Shown one piece after another: positions 35,349 to 49,697 of a DNA stretch of 64,000 nt (within the stretch, counting starts at the first letter, position 1; every line of letters starts with the position of its first letter). Both the position numbers and the translations under genes were made by a program. This DNA is from Octopus vulgaris (taxonomy: Eukaryota). Under the pieces are notes generated by a model. The model had not been told where the DNA came from, did not search any database, and was given only the letters and a program-made list of their open reading frames with translations. Where the stretch lies: contig OX597817.1 in assembly GCA_951406725.2 (NCBI GenBank), forward strand, positions 52,452,001 through 52,516,000, in the 5' to 3' direction.

Positions 35349-37250
35349 TGTCAAGCAATAGTGGCGGGGACAAACACAGACACACAAATACATACATACA
35401 CACACACATGACGGGCTTCTTTCAGTTTCTGTCTACCAATTCCACTCACAGAGCTTTGGTCAGCCTGAGGCTGTAGTAGAAGACATTTGCCCAGGGTGTC
35501 TCGCAGTGGCACTGAACCTTGAATCATGTGGTTGGGAAGATAGCTTCTTACCACACAGTCACTCCAGCACCTATCTATATATATGTGTATATATATATCT
35601 TCATCATCATCCTTTAACATCTGCCTTCCATGCTGACATGGGTTAGAGATTGACAGGAGCTGGCCAGGTTGGAGACTGCACCAGACATCTGTGTCTGTTT
35701 TGGCAAGGTTTTTATGGCTGGATGCCCTTCCTAACATCAACCACCCATATGAGTGGACATATATATATATATATATCATCATCATTGTTTAACCTCCACT
35801 TTCCATGCTAGCATGGGTTGGACGATTTGACTGAGGTCTGGCGAACCAGATGGCTGCACCAGGCTCCAATCTTGATCTGGCAAAGTTTCTACAGCTGGAT
35901 GCCCTTCCTAATGCCAACCACTCTGAGAGTGTACTGGGTGATTTTACGTGCCACTGGCACGAGGGCCAGTCAGGCAGAACTGGCAATGGCCATGCTCAAA
36001 TGGTGCTTTTTACGTGCCACTTGCACAGGAGCCAGTCCAGCAGCACTGGCAATGACCTTGGGGGACGGACACGACAACACATACTCACATATATACAACA
36101 GGCTTCTTTTAGTTTCTTATTTCTTTATTACCCACTAGGGGCTAAAGAGGGGACAAACAAGGACAGACAAACGGATTAAGTGGATTATATCTACCTCACT
36201 ACGCAACTGGTACTTAATTTATCCACCTCGAAAGGATGAAAGGCAAAGTTGACCTCAGTGCAATTTGAACTCAGAACGTAACGGCTGACGAAATACCTAT
36301 TTCTTTACTACCCACAGAGAGGGCAAATAAGGACAGACAAATGGATTAAGTCGATTACATCGACCCCAGTGCGTAACTGGTACTTAATTTATCGACACCG
36401 AAAGAATGAAAGGCAGAGTCGACCTTGGCGGAATTTGAACTCAGAACATAACGGCAGATGAAATACTGCTAAGCATTTCACCCGGTGTGCTAATGTTTCT
36501 GCCAGCCTCTGCCTTCATGTTTCTTTTAGTTTCTGTCCATGAAATCCATTCACAAGGTTTTGATTGGCCTGATTGCTATAGTAGAAGACACTTGTCCAGA
36601 TGCCATGCAGTGGGACTGAACCTGGAAGCAAGTTTTTTAGCACACTACTACAAAAAAAAACCTTTTGATGTGTTCTGTGACAAAGCCCCCTTCTGCAAAA
36701 ATCAGCAAGCCATTGCTGAACAAGATATGTTTTTCAAAACATACATCAGAATCATATCTAAACAAACTGTTTCCCTTTGAAAGGTGTCAAACTTTTTTTC
36801 TAAACATCTTGAATCTAGTGTTTTAATACAGTCCATCACTGCCATAAGATCACAAGTGTTCACTTTATTCACAGCGGAACTCGTTCTGTACAAGTTTTTT
36901 TTGGTTTTAATAGCAGCTGGGCCTTTTCTCACTGATCCTTTCCTGGTTAATTTTTTATTTAATTCTGCGAACCTTATTTACTACAGAATGGCCACTGAAG
37001 GTAATGTGCATAATTATACACATTATATGCATGATTACACACACACACGTGAGCTAATGAGCTCAAGTGTAGCCCATATATGTGTTGCTCATATATGAGC
37101 TACATGGTTGCTTGAGCTGCTAGTAATAGCAACCAAATCTCCTTAAAATTTCCCCGTGTAATCTAAAGAAAAGAAGGACACTTCAGGCAATGTTCTAGAT
37201 GTACAAAAAGACAGGATATTTATAGCTGGTTAAAGTTAACCTGGGGTTAA

Positions 37251-38018
37251 CCCTTTTGTTACCAACCTGACTGAACCTGGCTCTGTAATACAAATATCTT
37301 GTTTTCATAAGTTTTGAATTAAAGTCTTCCACCAAACCTTAGTCACAATTTGTGTTACTAACACTAGCTTAATGATAACCAAGTTATTTTACTAAATTCT
37401 GTGTTCTGTTTAAAATTAATTGAAAGAAACCCAGAGCATCTCAAAATAAATACGGTAGCTAAAAGGTTAAAACATATAATAGAGAAACAATTCTTAACCC
37501 TTTCAATACCGACCTGGCTGAAACTGTCTCTGGCTCTGTAGTACAAATATCTTGTTTTCATAAGTTTTGAATTAAAATCTTACACCAAACCTTAGTCACA
37601 ATTTATGTTCCTAACACTAGCTAAAATGATAATTATATTAGTTTACTAAATTCTTTGTTATATTCAAAATTAATTGAAAGAAACACAGAGCACCTCAAAA
37701 TAAATGAAAGGGTTAAATAATGTTAACACATTCATGTAGATCTACTTTTAAACTACTTCTCCTCTGTATATCGAATATATATTGTCATCTTGTTTCAACC
37801 CTTTCGTTACCAACTTGGCTGAATCCGCCTCTAGCGCTGTAATACAAATGTGTTGTTTTCAAAAGTTCTGGATTAAAATCTTCCACCAAACCTTAGTTGC
37901 AATTTATGTTCCTAACACTAGCTTAATGATAACCAAGTTATTTTACTAAATTCTTTGTTATATTTAAAATTAATTGGAAAAAAGACAGAGCATCTCTACA
38001 GAAATATGGTAACAAATG
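37251..38018. mobile_element. three adjacent piggyBac-type MITEs (~215 bp each)
   Basis: Copies 37251-37466, 37498-37712 and 37799-~38018 with CCCTTT...AAAGG(G) ends and TTAA sites. Confidence 0.75.
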
Positions 38019-38629
38019 TGGCCAATACCAGGGCCAGTCAGGTGGCCCTGGTATTGGCCATATTTGGATGGTGCATTTTATGTGCCACCAGCACAGGAGC
38101 CAGTCAGGCGTACCTGGCATCATCCACGTTTGGATGGTGCTTTTCAAGTGCCACTGATAACTTACTGTTAATAAAAGTTGGGGTGTGTTGTGTCCTGTTA
38201 ATAAATGAAAAAAATGTATTGTAAATAGACAAGCGTCAAGTAAAAAAAAATGTATAATGTTTATTGAGTGCACAAACAGATGGAAGACAGACACAGAAGG
38301 TCCCAAATTCTTCTTTTATCAACCAGATGGTATTACTCATTAATGGTGCGAAACTGGACCATCTGTGTCTGTCTTCTGCCTGTTTGTGCACTCAATGTAC
38401 CTTATACGTTTTTTACTTGTCGTTTGTGTATTTACAACATATTTTTCCATTTATTATATATATATACTTTATTTAAAGCATATTACTCTACCACTGGTAT
38501 TTGAGTCCTCTTTTTTCCACCTTGTTTCACATTTATGTGTTTACTCCGGTATATATATATATCCTTTTTTGTGTGATCAATAGATGTCTAGGTACATTAA
38601 GTACTAAGAATGTACAGAAAATAGACTCC

Positions 38630-39210
38630 CTCAAATAGCCTGTTGGTGGTGGTGGGGATATCTTTAGAACTAGTCGATAGTTTTTGTCACCTAGGCAACC
38701 AATTTAGCAGTGGGTTGATATGAAAGTTGCTAGAATAAGAATGGGCAAATTCAGAGAGGTACTACCTTTGTTGGTAACAAAGTGCCTCTCCCTCAGTAAA
38801 AGATTGTATGATATCTGTGTACAAAGAGCTATACTAGTAGCAGTGAAATATGGACTGTGACTACAGTGGACATGTGAAGGCTTGACAGGAATGAAACCAA
38901 CATGCTCCATGGGATGGGTAATGTCAGTGTACCTGTATGAGAGAGTGTCAATGATTTAAAAGAAAAAAAAAAACTGGCTATAAGAGGCAAGAGAGAAGAC
39001 CATGCTGGTATGGTCATGTGATTCATATGGATGAGGACAGCTGCATAAAGAAGTGCCAATCGCTCATTGTGGAAGGAGTAGACCTAGGAAGCCGTGGGAT
39101 GAAGTGATGAGATGGTGAGAAATAATCTCCAGATGTTGAGCCTCACAGAGATAAGGGGCCATGACTTCTGGTGATTTGCTGTGCTTGAGAAAATTTGTGA
39201 AGCTAAGTAA
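38630..39210 (+). mobile_element. RTE-type LINE fragment
   Basis: Homologous to 5300-5820 (gctagaataagaat, tggtatggtcatgt, gtagacctagga). Confidence 0.65.
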
Positions 39211-39910
39211 TATTATGACCATCCATACATACAGCCATATCCTTTTTGGCCATATACCCCTTACCTTCACACACACACACACACCTCTGGTAAAACTCCC
39301 CTCCGCATCCCATCTCAAACTTCCACCAACCATATGCGTGGAAAGGAGGATTGTGGACAACTGGAGTGTGAAGAGCTGTTGATTGTGGGGCTTAGTAGGT
39401 CATCAATTGTGTTAGCATTGAGGAATGGCTGTGGTTGCTGGTTGTGTTGTGGATGTTGTTGTTGAACTGAATTCCAGAAAATACATGTTGAAGTTTGCCA
39501 AAATGCCTGTGAATGAATTTAAATTTGTTTTGAGTTTCTTCTCTCTATTTGCTTTTCCAGTCAGTTATTGAACAGTGGGACTGTTCTTTTGGCAGTATAA
39601 TTCAGACATGAAGTGTCTATGCTTTCAGTTTGAGAAAGGCAAAAACTATGCATTTACGAGAATGTTGATTTCATTCTTAGACTACTTTTGTTTATTGTGG
39701 ACACATTGTGTAGCCATGAGTCCATGTGACAGCATGGTGTTGGTATATGACTGGAATTGGGAATAGAATTTGGTAAACTGTAACTGTGGAAACCCATTGT
39801 GTGTGTGTGTGTGTATCAACCATAGCCATCACTCGCAAACAAGGATAATGTAGTGGCATGTTCCATGCTTTCACTGATTGTTTTAGGTGTTTAGATGGAT
39901 ATAGACGTTT

Positions 39911-39964
<54 letters not shown>

Positions 39965-41114
39965 CATCATCATCATCATCGTCGTTTAACGTCTGCTTTC
40001 CATGCTAGCATGGTTTGGACGATTTGACTGAGGTTGGCGAACCAGATGGCTGCACCAGGCTCCAATCTTGATCTGGCAGAGTTTCTACAGCTGGCAGATC
40101 AGATAATAATAATAATGATAATAATAATTAATTCTTTTGTTGGCCACAAGGGCTGACAAACATGATTGGAAAACATAAAGGGACAAAACAGGACGAAAGT
40201 GTATGAGTCATACATGTGTGCATGTGTATGGAGTGGCGGGGGTGGTGGTGGTATCAGGTGTAGTGTTGGCGAATTGCAGGAAGTATGGAGGTTTTTAAAG
40301 GATGCAATGTCTCGGCAACTAACAACTGATGCAGGTAGTTTGTTCCATGCTTCAGCAACTCTGGGTGTGAGAAAATATTTCTGCTGAATACCCTAACCAC
40401 TAAGCCATGTTCTTTCGTACATATATACAGTGGGATTTGAACTCAGATTGTAGACCCAAATGCTTATCACAAAGAATTCATGTGCCCTAACATCTCTGCC
40501 AGTCAGCTACTTATATATGTGTATGTGTGTGAGCATAAAATGATTGAGATACAGTGGTGTTAGCCACTCCTGCGCCTATGTATATATATTATGTAAATAT
40601 ATATATATATATAAATAAACAGTTCTGTGTGAAATTAAAACTGGTTGTAGGTGAGATTCATTTTCAATTTAACCTATTTCCAGTCTAAATATAGAAGGAA
40701 CATCTCCCTCACCGGCATCACCTGCCACCCCACTCTTTCTCCTCCTCCTCTCACAAACTTTACCTTTCACTTCACTCCTTCCCCTCTCTCTCTCTCTGTT
40801 CCCTCCCCCTCTTCCTCTAATGGGGTGTTTTAATGAAAACTAGTTTGGCTTCCTCCACACACTCTTCCTTCTGGTCGTTTATCTCTCCGATATTTAAACT
40901 CACACATTCTTTTTATTTTTGTATTTGTTCGAGTTATTAGCTGGCAGCCGGGCTAAAACGCCTTAAAAAGTTTTTTGAGCAAATTGATCCTGGTATTTAT
41001 TTGAAGTCTGGCATTTATCCCCACCAGTCTCTTTTTTTACCAAACTGCTAAGTTACGGAAACAAAGAAAGCAACACCGGTGGACATGTAGTGGGAGACGA
41101 TCCCCAAAACTTTA

Positions 41115-41340
41115 CCGACACACCCACACGCATACACCCACATGCACACACCGACACACACACACTCGCACGCACACACTCACACCGACACACACACACA
41201 CTCACACGCGCACACACACCAACACGCACACACTTACACACACACACACACTTACACACACACTCATACGGACACACAACACACACACACCCAACACACA
41301 CACACGCACACACCCACTCACTCGCGCACACACACACACC
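41115..41340. repeat. degenerate (CA)n microsatellite
   Basis: Directly visible; internal expansion of a SINE B remnant. Confidence 0.9.
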
Positions 41341-42056
41341 CCGGTCTTCTGCGGCTTCCATCCATTAAATTCACTGACAAGGCATTGCTCAATCTGTGGC
41401 TGGAATACAAGACAAACCCCAAGTGAAACCTCACGGTGTTAGGGACTCTGCGTGCGTGTCTATCATATATATATATATATAGCTTATGTGCAGCCTTATT
41501 TTGTAATAAACATACATTTATATATATCGTTGCTATTATGCAAAACTGTTGTAAGTCCAAAACGTTGCTTTTTTTTTAGAAAAGGTAAAAAGAGTTTCAC
41601 CATTCTATTTCTTTTTGCATTAGCAACAGTTTCAGCTTCACAATAATACTTTGTTGGGTACATAAAATTATAACTCCATACATGTAGGATATTTTCAGTC
41701 AGAAATATTTTTGCAAAACTGTTGTATGTGGGACTTACTTTACTTTTGAAAAAATGCTAAGCCGTTTTACTACACTTTGACAATCTTCATATCTTGGCAC
41801 CTGAAGCAGCTGGAGATACGATAGGTTGACCAAAAGAACCGGTTATTGCAAGCATTGATATTGAAAAAAAAAAACAAAACAAAAAGGGATTTGGACATAC
41901 GACAGTTCAACATAATAGCAACGATATATATATATATATATACATATATACTTTTACTGTTTTTAGTTTCTGGAGTTAAGTCATGCTGATGTGCACGTGT
42001 GTGTGTGTATTTGTGTGTCTTTATGCATGTGTGGATGTTTATATTTGTGTGGCTAG

Positions 42057-42428
<372 letters not shown>

Positions 42429-43181
42429 TAATAGTTCCTTACAGTATTGTAAAAACATGCCAAAAAATTCTTTTTTCCCCATTTGTTGAATTAATCTATT
42501 TTCTTTTTATAAATAAATCAGCCTGAGTGGCTGTGTGGTAAGTAAGGGGTTATCGGTCGGCGGGCGCCGGTGCCCCTCCCATTTTTGTTCATCATTATCG
42601 TCCTCATCTCATTAATGCCTTTGTCCAGCCCGCAGCTTCTTCATCTGTGTACGGCTTTCATGGCCAATTTGATGAATAAAAGTAGCTTGCTTGCCAACCA
42701 CGTGGTTCCGGGTTTAGTCCCACTGTGTGGCACCTCGGGCAAGTGTCTCCTACTATAGCCTTGGGCCAACCAAAGCCTTGTGAGTGGATTTGGTAGATGG
42801 AAACTGAAAGAAGCCCGTCGTATATATGTATATATACATATATGTATATATACATATATGTATATATACCACTGTGTGGTAATAGCACACTGGGCGAGCT
42901 GGCAGAAACGTTAGCATGCCGGGCGAAATGCTTTGCGGTATTTCGTCTGCCGTTATGTTCTGAGTTCAAATTCCGCTGAGGTCGACTTTGCCTTTCATCC
43001 TTTCGGAGTCAATTAAATAAGTACCAGTTATACATTGGGGTCGATATAATCGACTTAATCCGTTTGTCTGTCCTTGTTTGTCCCTTCTATGTTTAGCCCC
43101 TTGTGGGTAGTAAAGAAATAGGTAATAGCACACTAGGAAAATTTTGGTTATTTGACCGGTCTTTTACCTCTCTCACTGTAG

Positions 43182-43297
43182 GTCAATGTTGGCTGTGTCC
43201 CAAAGAAGGTGATGTTCAATGCTGCTGTCCATGCTGAATATATAAGGGATCATCAGGATTATGGTTTCTCGGTGGAGAAGAAGGAATTTGATTTCAA
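43182..43297 (+). CDS. GSR: glutathione reductase coding exon 3
   Basis: [29 protein letters not shown]; completes the CVNVGC redox disulfide; AG/GT boundaries; 116 nt. Confidence 0.95.
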
Positions 43298-43560
43298 GTG
43301 AGTCATTAAAACTTATTGTCTTTGTTCCTACACTACATAACTTTCTCATCTACCTCTCTTGTGTGACAGATCAGTGCAGCAAGTTGCCTTTGTTTCCATG
43401 GCTAAATCTGTTATGGCATTAGGAAGGGCATCCAGCTGTAGAAACATTGCCAGATAAGACCGGAGCCTGGTGCAGCCTTCTGGCTTCCCAGATCCCCGGT
43501 CGAACCGTCCAACCCATGCTAGCATGGAGAACGGACGTTAAACGATGATGATGATGATGA

Positions 43561-43954
43561 TAATATAAAGCTGAAGTTGTCTGTGTATGGCAGGTTTGGT
43601 AGCCTTCAACCAACACTATCTCCTCCGAGACCCTGCGGTGCAATTTGACCAAAATTGAGAGTATGATAGAAGAAGGCTTGCTCTTCCTTCCATAGAAGAA
43701 AAAATTCAAATCGGACCATGTTAACACCAAAAATTATTTACATCAAAAAGGTGCTTTTTTTTCTATGAAAATCCCTATTTTTTATGATTTTTTTTTACTA
43801 CTGTGTCACTATTTTTTGGTGTATTTCAACCAGAAAAATGTTCACTTAAAGAGAATAACAAGCTACATAATGCAAAACTTTTACTTTTCAAAAATTCCAA
43901 TTCTAAAGAGTCGAAAAGAAAACAAGCCCGAGCAACGCTGGGCGATACTGCTAG
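43561..43954 (+). mobile_element. non-autonomous Helitron-type element
   Basis: 3' hairpin GCCCGAGCAACGCTGGGC followed by CTAG|T terminus; 5' ATATAAAGCTGAAGTTGTCTGTG start. Confidence 0.6.
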
Positions 43955-44048
43955 TAAAAGATAAAAACAATAGTGATGAAAATTACTTCGTTTCTGAGAC
44001 TACATAACCTTCCCATCAGTCTCACTGTTCTCTTCTATTTTATAACAG

Positions 44049-44118
44049 ACACTTGAAGAAATCTCGTGACGCCTACATCAAGAGACTAAATGGAATTTAT
44101 GCTAATAACCTAGAAAAA
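44049..44118 (+). CDS. GSR: glutathione reductase coding exon 4
   Basis: HLKKSRDAYIKRLNGIYANNLEK; cag acceptor, GTGAGT donor; 70 nt. Confidence 0.95.
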
Positions 44119-44344
44119 GTGAGTATTTGACAAAAATAGCTATTCAACTTTTAAAGCTATTTTGACAATAATCATTATGTTTAGTCAAGATGGTGCTAAA
44201 AAGAATGATGGCTGTCCCTAAAAGAGTTATCTGGGGGAGAGGGAGTGATGGTAGGCAGTGTAATAAAGTAAATATGAAAATAAATCAGATACCCATAGAT
44301 AAAATGCAAACCCTCCATATTACATATTAATTTACTATATTTTG

Positions 44345-44883
44345 ATCGTAGGGTGACCTGCTGTGCTTGAGGAGACCTGTTGAGTCAAGTACATCAACAT
44401 CAAAAGGTCAAATGGAAATTGTAGTTGTGATACCCGTGCTGGTGGAACGTAAAAAGCACTATCCGAATGTGGCCGATGCCAGTGTCGCCTTGACTGGCTT
44501 CTGTGCCGGTGGCATGTAAAAAGCACCAACCGATCGTGGCTGTTGCCAGCCTATCCTGGCATCTGTGCTGGTGGCACGTAAAGAGCACCATCCGTACGTG
44601 GTCGATGCCAGCACCGCCTTGACTTGCTTCCATGCTGGTGGCACGTAAAAAGCACCAACCAATCGTGGCCATTGCCAGCCTCCTCTGGCACCTGTGCCGG
44701 TGGCATGTAAAAAGCCACCCACTACACTCGCGGAGTGGCTGGCGTTAGGAAGGGCATCCAGTTGTAGAAACACTGCCAGATGAGACTGGAGCCTGGTGCA
44801 GCCTTCTGGCTTCCCAGACCCCGGTTAAACCGTTCAACCCATGCTAGCATGGAAAACGGACGTTAAACGATGATGATGATGAT
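44345..44883 (+). mobile_element. family C non-autonomous retroposon with internal ~57-bp tandem repeats and (GAT)n tail
   Basis: GTGCCGGTGGCACGTAAAAAGCACC repeats, TAGGAAGGGCATCCAGCTGTAGAAA core, GGACGTTAAACGATGATGAT end. Many copies, e.g. 1955-2425, 5820-6192, 9440-9772, 10523-11120(-), 15802-16197(-), 34410-34870(-), 52060-52590(-), 57242-57600(-). Confidence 0.75.
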
Positions 44884-45371
44884 TTTACTATTCTACATAA
44901 TACTGTACTTTATTCTCTTCTGCTGTACTCTATGGCACCATACAATACACTACATGCTTCTATTACTTATGGTCTTCTGCTATCTTTCCCCAGTTGTTAG
45001 GCTGGTTACTGACTTAAAGGCTCAACTTTCTTGATGATATCACAAAAGTGTTTCTTAAGTAAAACCCTGCCTTGTGCTGTGAGATTTAGTAAATTTTGAA
45101 TCTATGTGTTTGTGTATTCTTGTGTCTGGCAAATTTTTTACATGTACCATCAATCAGTGGAATTTATATTTTTCAATTTTTGGTTTGGATTCTTATCGAT
45201 TTTGTTTTGGATTACACTCACGGAGTGGTTGGCATTACACTCACGGAGTGGCTGGCATTAGGAAGGGCAACCAGCTGAAGAAACCAAGCTAAATCAGACT
45301 GGAACCTAGTGCAGCACTCCAGCTTACCAGACCCAGTCAAACCGTCTAACCCATGCCAGCTTGGAAAACAG

Positions 45372-45677
45372 GTTTGTTTGTTCCTTCTCGAGCCATGCCT
45401 GGCTCATAAGGGCCGGTTTCCTGGTTTCCTTGGCATATAGGTTCCCCACCTGGACGGGACGCCGGTCTGTTGCGGGTGAGCTGCATGATGCAGGAGGAAA
45501 GAGTGAGAGAAAGTTGTGGTGAAAGAGTCAGCAGAAGTTCACCATTACCTTCTGCCAGAGCCGTGTGGAGCTTAGGTGTTTCGCTCATAAACACACACAT
45601 CGCCCGGTCTGAGATTCGAACCCACAATCCTTCGACCACGAGTTCTCCGCTCTAACCACTAGGCCATGTGCCTCCAC
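45372..45677 (-). mobile_element. tRNA-derived SINE family E
   Basis: Minus-strand tRNA head TGGCCTAGTGGTTAG...GGTTCGAATC; related copy at 55690-55996. Confidence 0.65.
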
Positions 45678-45846
45678 TTGGAAAACAGGTGCTAAATGAT
45701 GATGATGATGATTACTGTATGATGACATAACAATATTTTTTTTGCTAAGTCACTATTGTACGCTTACAATTATATGAGTTGTTAGGCTTGAAACTGATAA
45801 ACAAAATTTATGTTAATTAATCTATTTTTTTGTTATCTTCATCTAG

Positions 45847-45979
45847 TCAAAAGTTGAGCGAATTGTGGGTCATGCCAAATTCTTATCTAATCAAACGATA
45901 GATGTGAATGGTGAGAATTATTCGGCAAAGCACATTCTGATTGCAACTGGAGGGAAACCACTTATACCGGATATACCTG
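45847..45979 (+). CDS. GSR: glutathione reductase coding exon 5
   Basis: SKVERIVGHAKFLSNQTIDVNGENYSAKHILIATGGKPLIPDIP (ATG motif); tag/GTAGGT; 133 nt. Confidence 0.94.
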
Positions 45980-46635
45980 GTAGGTACGTGGGGATATTTA
46001 ATTATGTTCTACAACCTTGAGTGTCAATCAAAAACCATTTTCTGGTCCCTGGTTATCTTTGGATCCTTAAAGCTTATAAGCACTATTACTTCTTCCTTAA
46101 CTAGTATAAAAAAAACATTTACTTAAAATGAAACCAGTCTTTCTTCCATACATGTGTCTGCTGTTTGTTGTTGACAGTCGTAATCAAGCAGTCCTGTGAG
46201 CCAAGATAATCCAGCATGACCCTTCCATAGTATATCTCAGATCACATTATCTTACGTGTCTTTCTATTTTTAGGATAGTAAGATTTGACTGGTATTTCTA
46301 GCAGTTTGAGCAAACATGTTGAGACTCCCTTGTTCTGACATTTAATATTTTTGTTCAACCCCAGGTCAGCCCTGACCTAGCAAATCTATGATGAAAGGGG
46401 TTTCAGTTGTGACAACGCCTTTTATTCAGACATTGTGGATCTAGGACTACATTATCCAATGTGTCTTTTGTTAACATAGGCGTAGGAGTGGCTGTGTGGT
46501 TGCTTCCCAACCACGTGGTTCCAGGTTCAGTCCCACTGTGTGGCACCTTGCGCAAGTGTCTTCTACTATAGCCTCGGGCTGACCAAAGCCTTGTGAGTGG
46601 ATTTGGTAAATGGAAACTGAAAGAAGCCCATCGTA

Positions 46636-46684
<49 letters not shown>

Positions 46685-47123
46685 TTGTGTGTCTGTGTTT
46701 GTCCCCCCAACATCGCTTGACAACTGATGCTGGTGTGTTTATGTCCCCGTAACTTAGTGGTTCGGCAAAAGAGACCAATAGAATAAGTACTAAGCTTACA
46801 AAGAATAAGTCCTGGGGTCGAGTTGCTCGACGAAATGCGGTGCTCCAGCATGGCCGCAGTCAAATGACTGAAACAAGTAAAAGATAAAAGATGTGTATGA
46901 TTTGAGGGAACTTTGGTTACTATTATTAAAACATTGAATAACCCCATGAAGCAGGTGTAGGCAACATTTTGCTGACAGTCGGCCTTATGAGGTAGTCACC
47001 ATTTAGAAAAATGAGCCACACCAATAAAAGGATATTTCAATAAACATGTAGTATAGAGTAGTGGGGGTGCATGGCTTAGTGGTTAGGGTTTTAGACTTGT
47101 GATTATAAGATTGTGGTTTCAAT

Positions 47124-47490
47124 CGCCTGTCTCTGCGGCCCCTTTCATCTGTCATTCTGCAACGGGGCTTGCGGTGGTTTGGCCATGCATGTAGGTGTCC
47201 GGTGGGTGAACTGAGCTGTGATGTCCTTCTCCCAACTCCACTTCCCAACTGGAGGAAACGTGCGGGCGGGCAGCTGAAGACCTGGGTTACGACAATCAAG
47301 GAGGACCTCTCCGTGCTCACAGGACCGCAGGTGGTTGGCCTGCACTGCTGGAGCCGTGACTGGCTCGCTATCTCCAGTGGACTGATGCAGGACCGTCGTG
47401 CGTGGGCTGCCATGGTTCGAGATGCCTCGAGGGTGGTAGAAGAAGCCGACTCAACCCGCCCAGGGTGAATGTCAGTACAAGTAAGTAAGT
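47124..47490 (+). mobile_element. LINE 3' end (second RTE-like family) with (GTAA)n tail
   Basis: LRWFGHACR...GGQLKTW...DRRAWAAMV ORF end; ~11-bp TSD gtggtttcaat/gtagtttcaat; inserted in a SINE head. Confidence 0.8.
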
Positions 47491-48792
47491 GTAGTTTCAA
47501 TTTTTAGACCAGGTGTTGCATGGTGTTCTTAAGCAAAACACTTCATTTCACTTTGCTCCAGTTCACTTAGCTGGCAAGAATGAGTAATTCTGTGACAGAC
47601 AGGTGTCCCACCCAGGTGGGGAATATAATGCCATGGAAACTGGGAAACCAGCACTATGTTCCTTGCAGAGTAAGGTAGAATAACCATAAAATATTACATA
47701 AATATTGTGAGAGAAAGAAAAAAAATCAAATGAAATTGTTCAAATTAAAAGAATCCTATCTGAAGATTAGGTTACAAACTTTAAGAAAGAAGTTATTCTT
47801 TTATTCTTTTACTTTTTTCAGTCATTTGACTGTGGCCATGCTGGAGCACAGCCTTAGTCTAACAAATCGACCCCGGGACTTATTCTTTGTAAGCCTAGTA
47901 CTTATTCTATTGGTCTCTTTTGCCAGACTGCTAAGTTATGGGGACATAAACACACCAACATCGGTGGGGTACAAACACACAAACACATGATGGGAAAGGC
48001 GGCGAGCTGGCAGAAACGTTAGCGCGCCAGGTGAAATGCTTAGCGGTATTTTGTCGTTACGTTCTGAGTTCAAATTCCGCCGAGGTCGACTTTGCCTTTC
48101 ATCCTTTCGGGGTCAATTAAATAAAGTACCAGTTTCGCACTGGGGTCGATGTAATCGACTTAATCCGTTTGGCTATTCTTGTTTGTCCCCTCTATGTTTA
48201 ACCCCTTGTGGGCAATAAAGAAATATATATATATATATATGATGAGATGATGGGCTTCTTTCAGTTTCTGTTTACCAAATCCACTCACAAGGCTTTGGTT
48301 GGTCCGAAGCTATAGTACAAGACATTTGCCCACAGTGCCATGCAGTGGGACTGAACCTGGAACCATGTGGTTGCGAAGCACACCTCCACCTACGTTTATG
48401 TTTATATTATGATGGCATTATGTGTGCTCTGTACACATAAAGTTATAAAGGACAGCCTGTAGATCAAGGTTGCCAATGCTTGATGTAGAGGAAATCCTCA
48501 TTGAACCATAGGTTCTCTTGTTAGACATAGATGAAGCCACAGGGTCTGAATGCTAACCCTCTTTACTGTTTTACTTGTTTCAGTCATTTGACTGTGGCCA
48601 TGGTGGAGCACTGCCTTTAGTCGAGCAAATCGACCCCAGGACTTATTCTTTGTAAGCCTAGTACTTATTCTATCGGTCTCTTTTGCCGAACTGCTAAGTT
48701 ACAGGGATGTAAACACACCAGCATCAGTTGTCAAGCAATGTTGGGGGGACAAACACAGACACACAAACATACACACACACACAAACATACAT

Positions 48793-48827
<35 letters not shown>

Positions 48828-49642
48828 CATACACATATACATATATATGACGGGCTTCTTTCAGTTTCCATCTACCAAATCCACTCACAAGGCTTTGGTT
48901 GGCCCAATGCTATAGTAGAAGACACTTGCCCAAGGTGCAACGCAGTGGGACTGAACCTGGAACCATGTGGTTGGTAAGCAAGCTACTTACCACCGAGCCA
49001 CTCCTACGCCTATACAAATTTCATGAACAGCCCCAAGAGAAATTTACTCGAATACCTGAGACAAAAATGTTGCCGCAAGTATAGATGTTTTAAATTAATG
49101 AGGTGGTAGGGTAGGCTATCAAGTTAATTAATAAAATCCAATTACAACGATTGGTTCACAGATAAAGTATTTCTTCTCTATGTACTACAACACTAGCTGC
49201 AGTTTCTCTTCTGAAGGGGCTGGCTGTCTACCTCTTGCACTGCCCCTTATCATATTTAAATCATTGTACACCCCAGATGCTGCAGAATAAACCAAATCTT
49301 CCTCCCAAGGGATGTTGATTACCTGTTTACAGCCAGGTGGACTGAGCTCTTAATAGTTAAACATCTTGCCTAAATAAAGTACAGTGAATTATACCACACT
49401 GTTGTACCTGCTTATGGCTGTGTAGACTGAGCTGATGACAGTTAAATATCTCTTGGCCATTGATACAATATAAGGAAGTATATATTTGGTGTCTACTTTG
49501 TTCATGTTCTTCACAAATTGGGAACTACATCATACATGTCAACCATAGCCCATACCTTATATTCACAAACACACATTCTCTCTCTCTCTCTGTCTCTCTC
49601 TCTCTTCTAAACCATAATTAGCTGTATATATATATTTTACAG

Positions 49643-49697
49643 GTGCCCAGTATGGTATAAGCAGTGACGGTTTTTTTGAATTACCAGATTTACCAAA
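49643..49697 (+). CDS. GSR: glutathione reductase coding exon 6
   Basis: GAQYGISSDGFFELPDLPK; cag/GTAAGT; 55 nt. Confidence 0.95.

Noticed and set aside
41053-41426. Long ORF-track ORFs rich in HT/VC, IYLS or poly-N/L (also 51310-51693, 30234-30429)
   Set aside because: Translations of microsatellites, not genes.
45980-45989. Alternative donor GTACGT 4 nt downstream of the GSR exon 5 donor
   Set aside because: It would frameshift the CDS; only the donor at 45980 keeps phase with exon 6.
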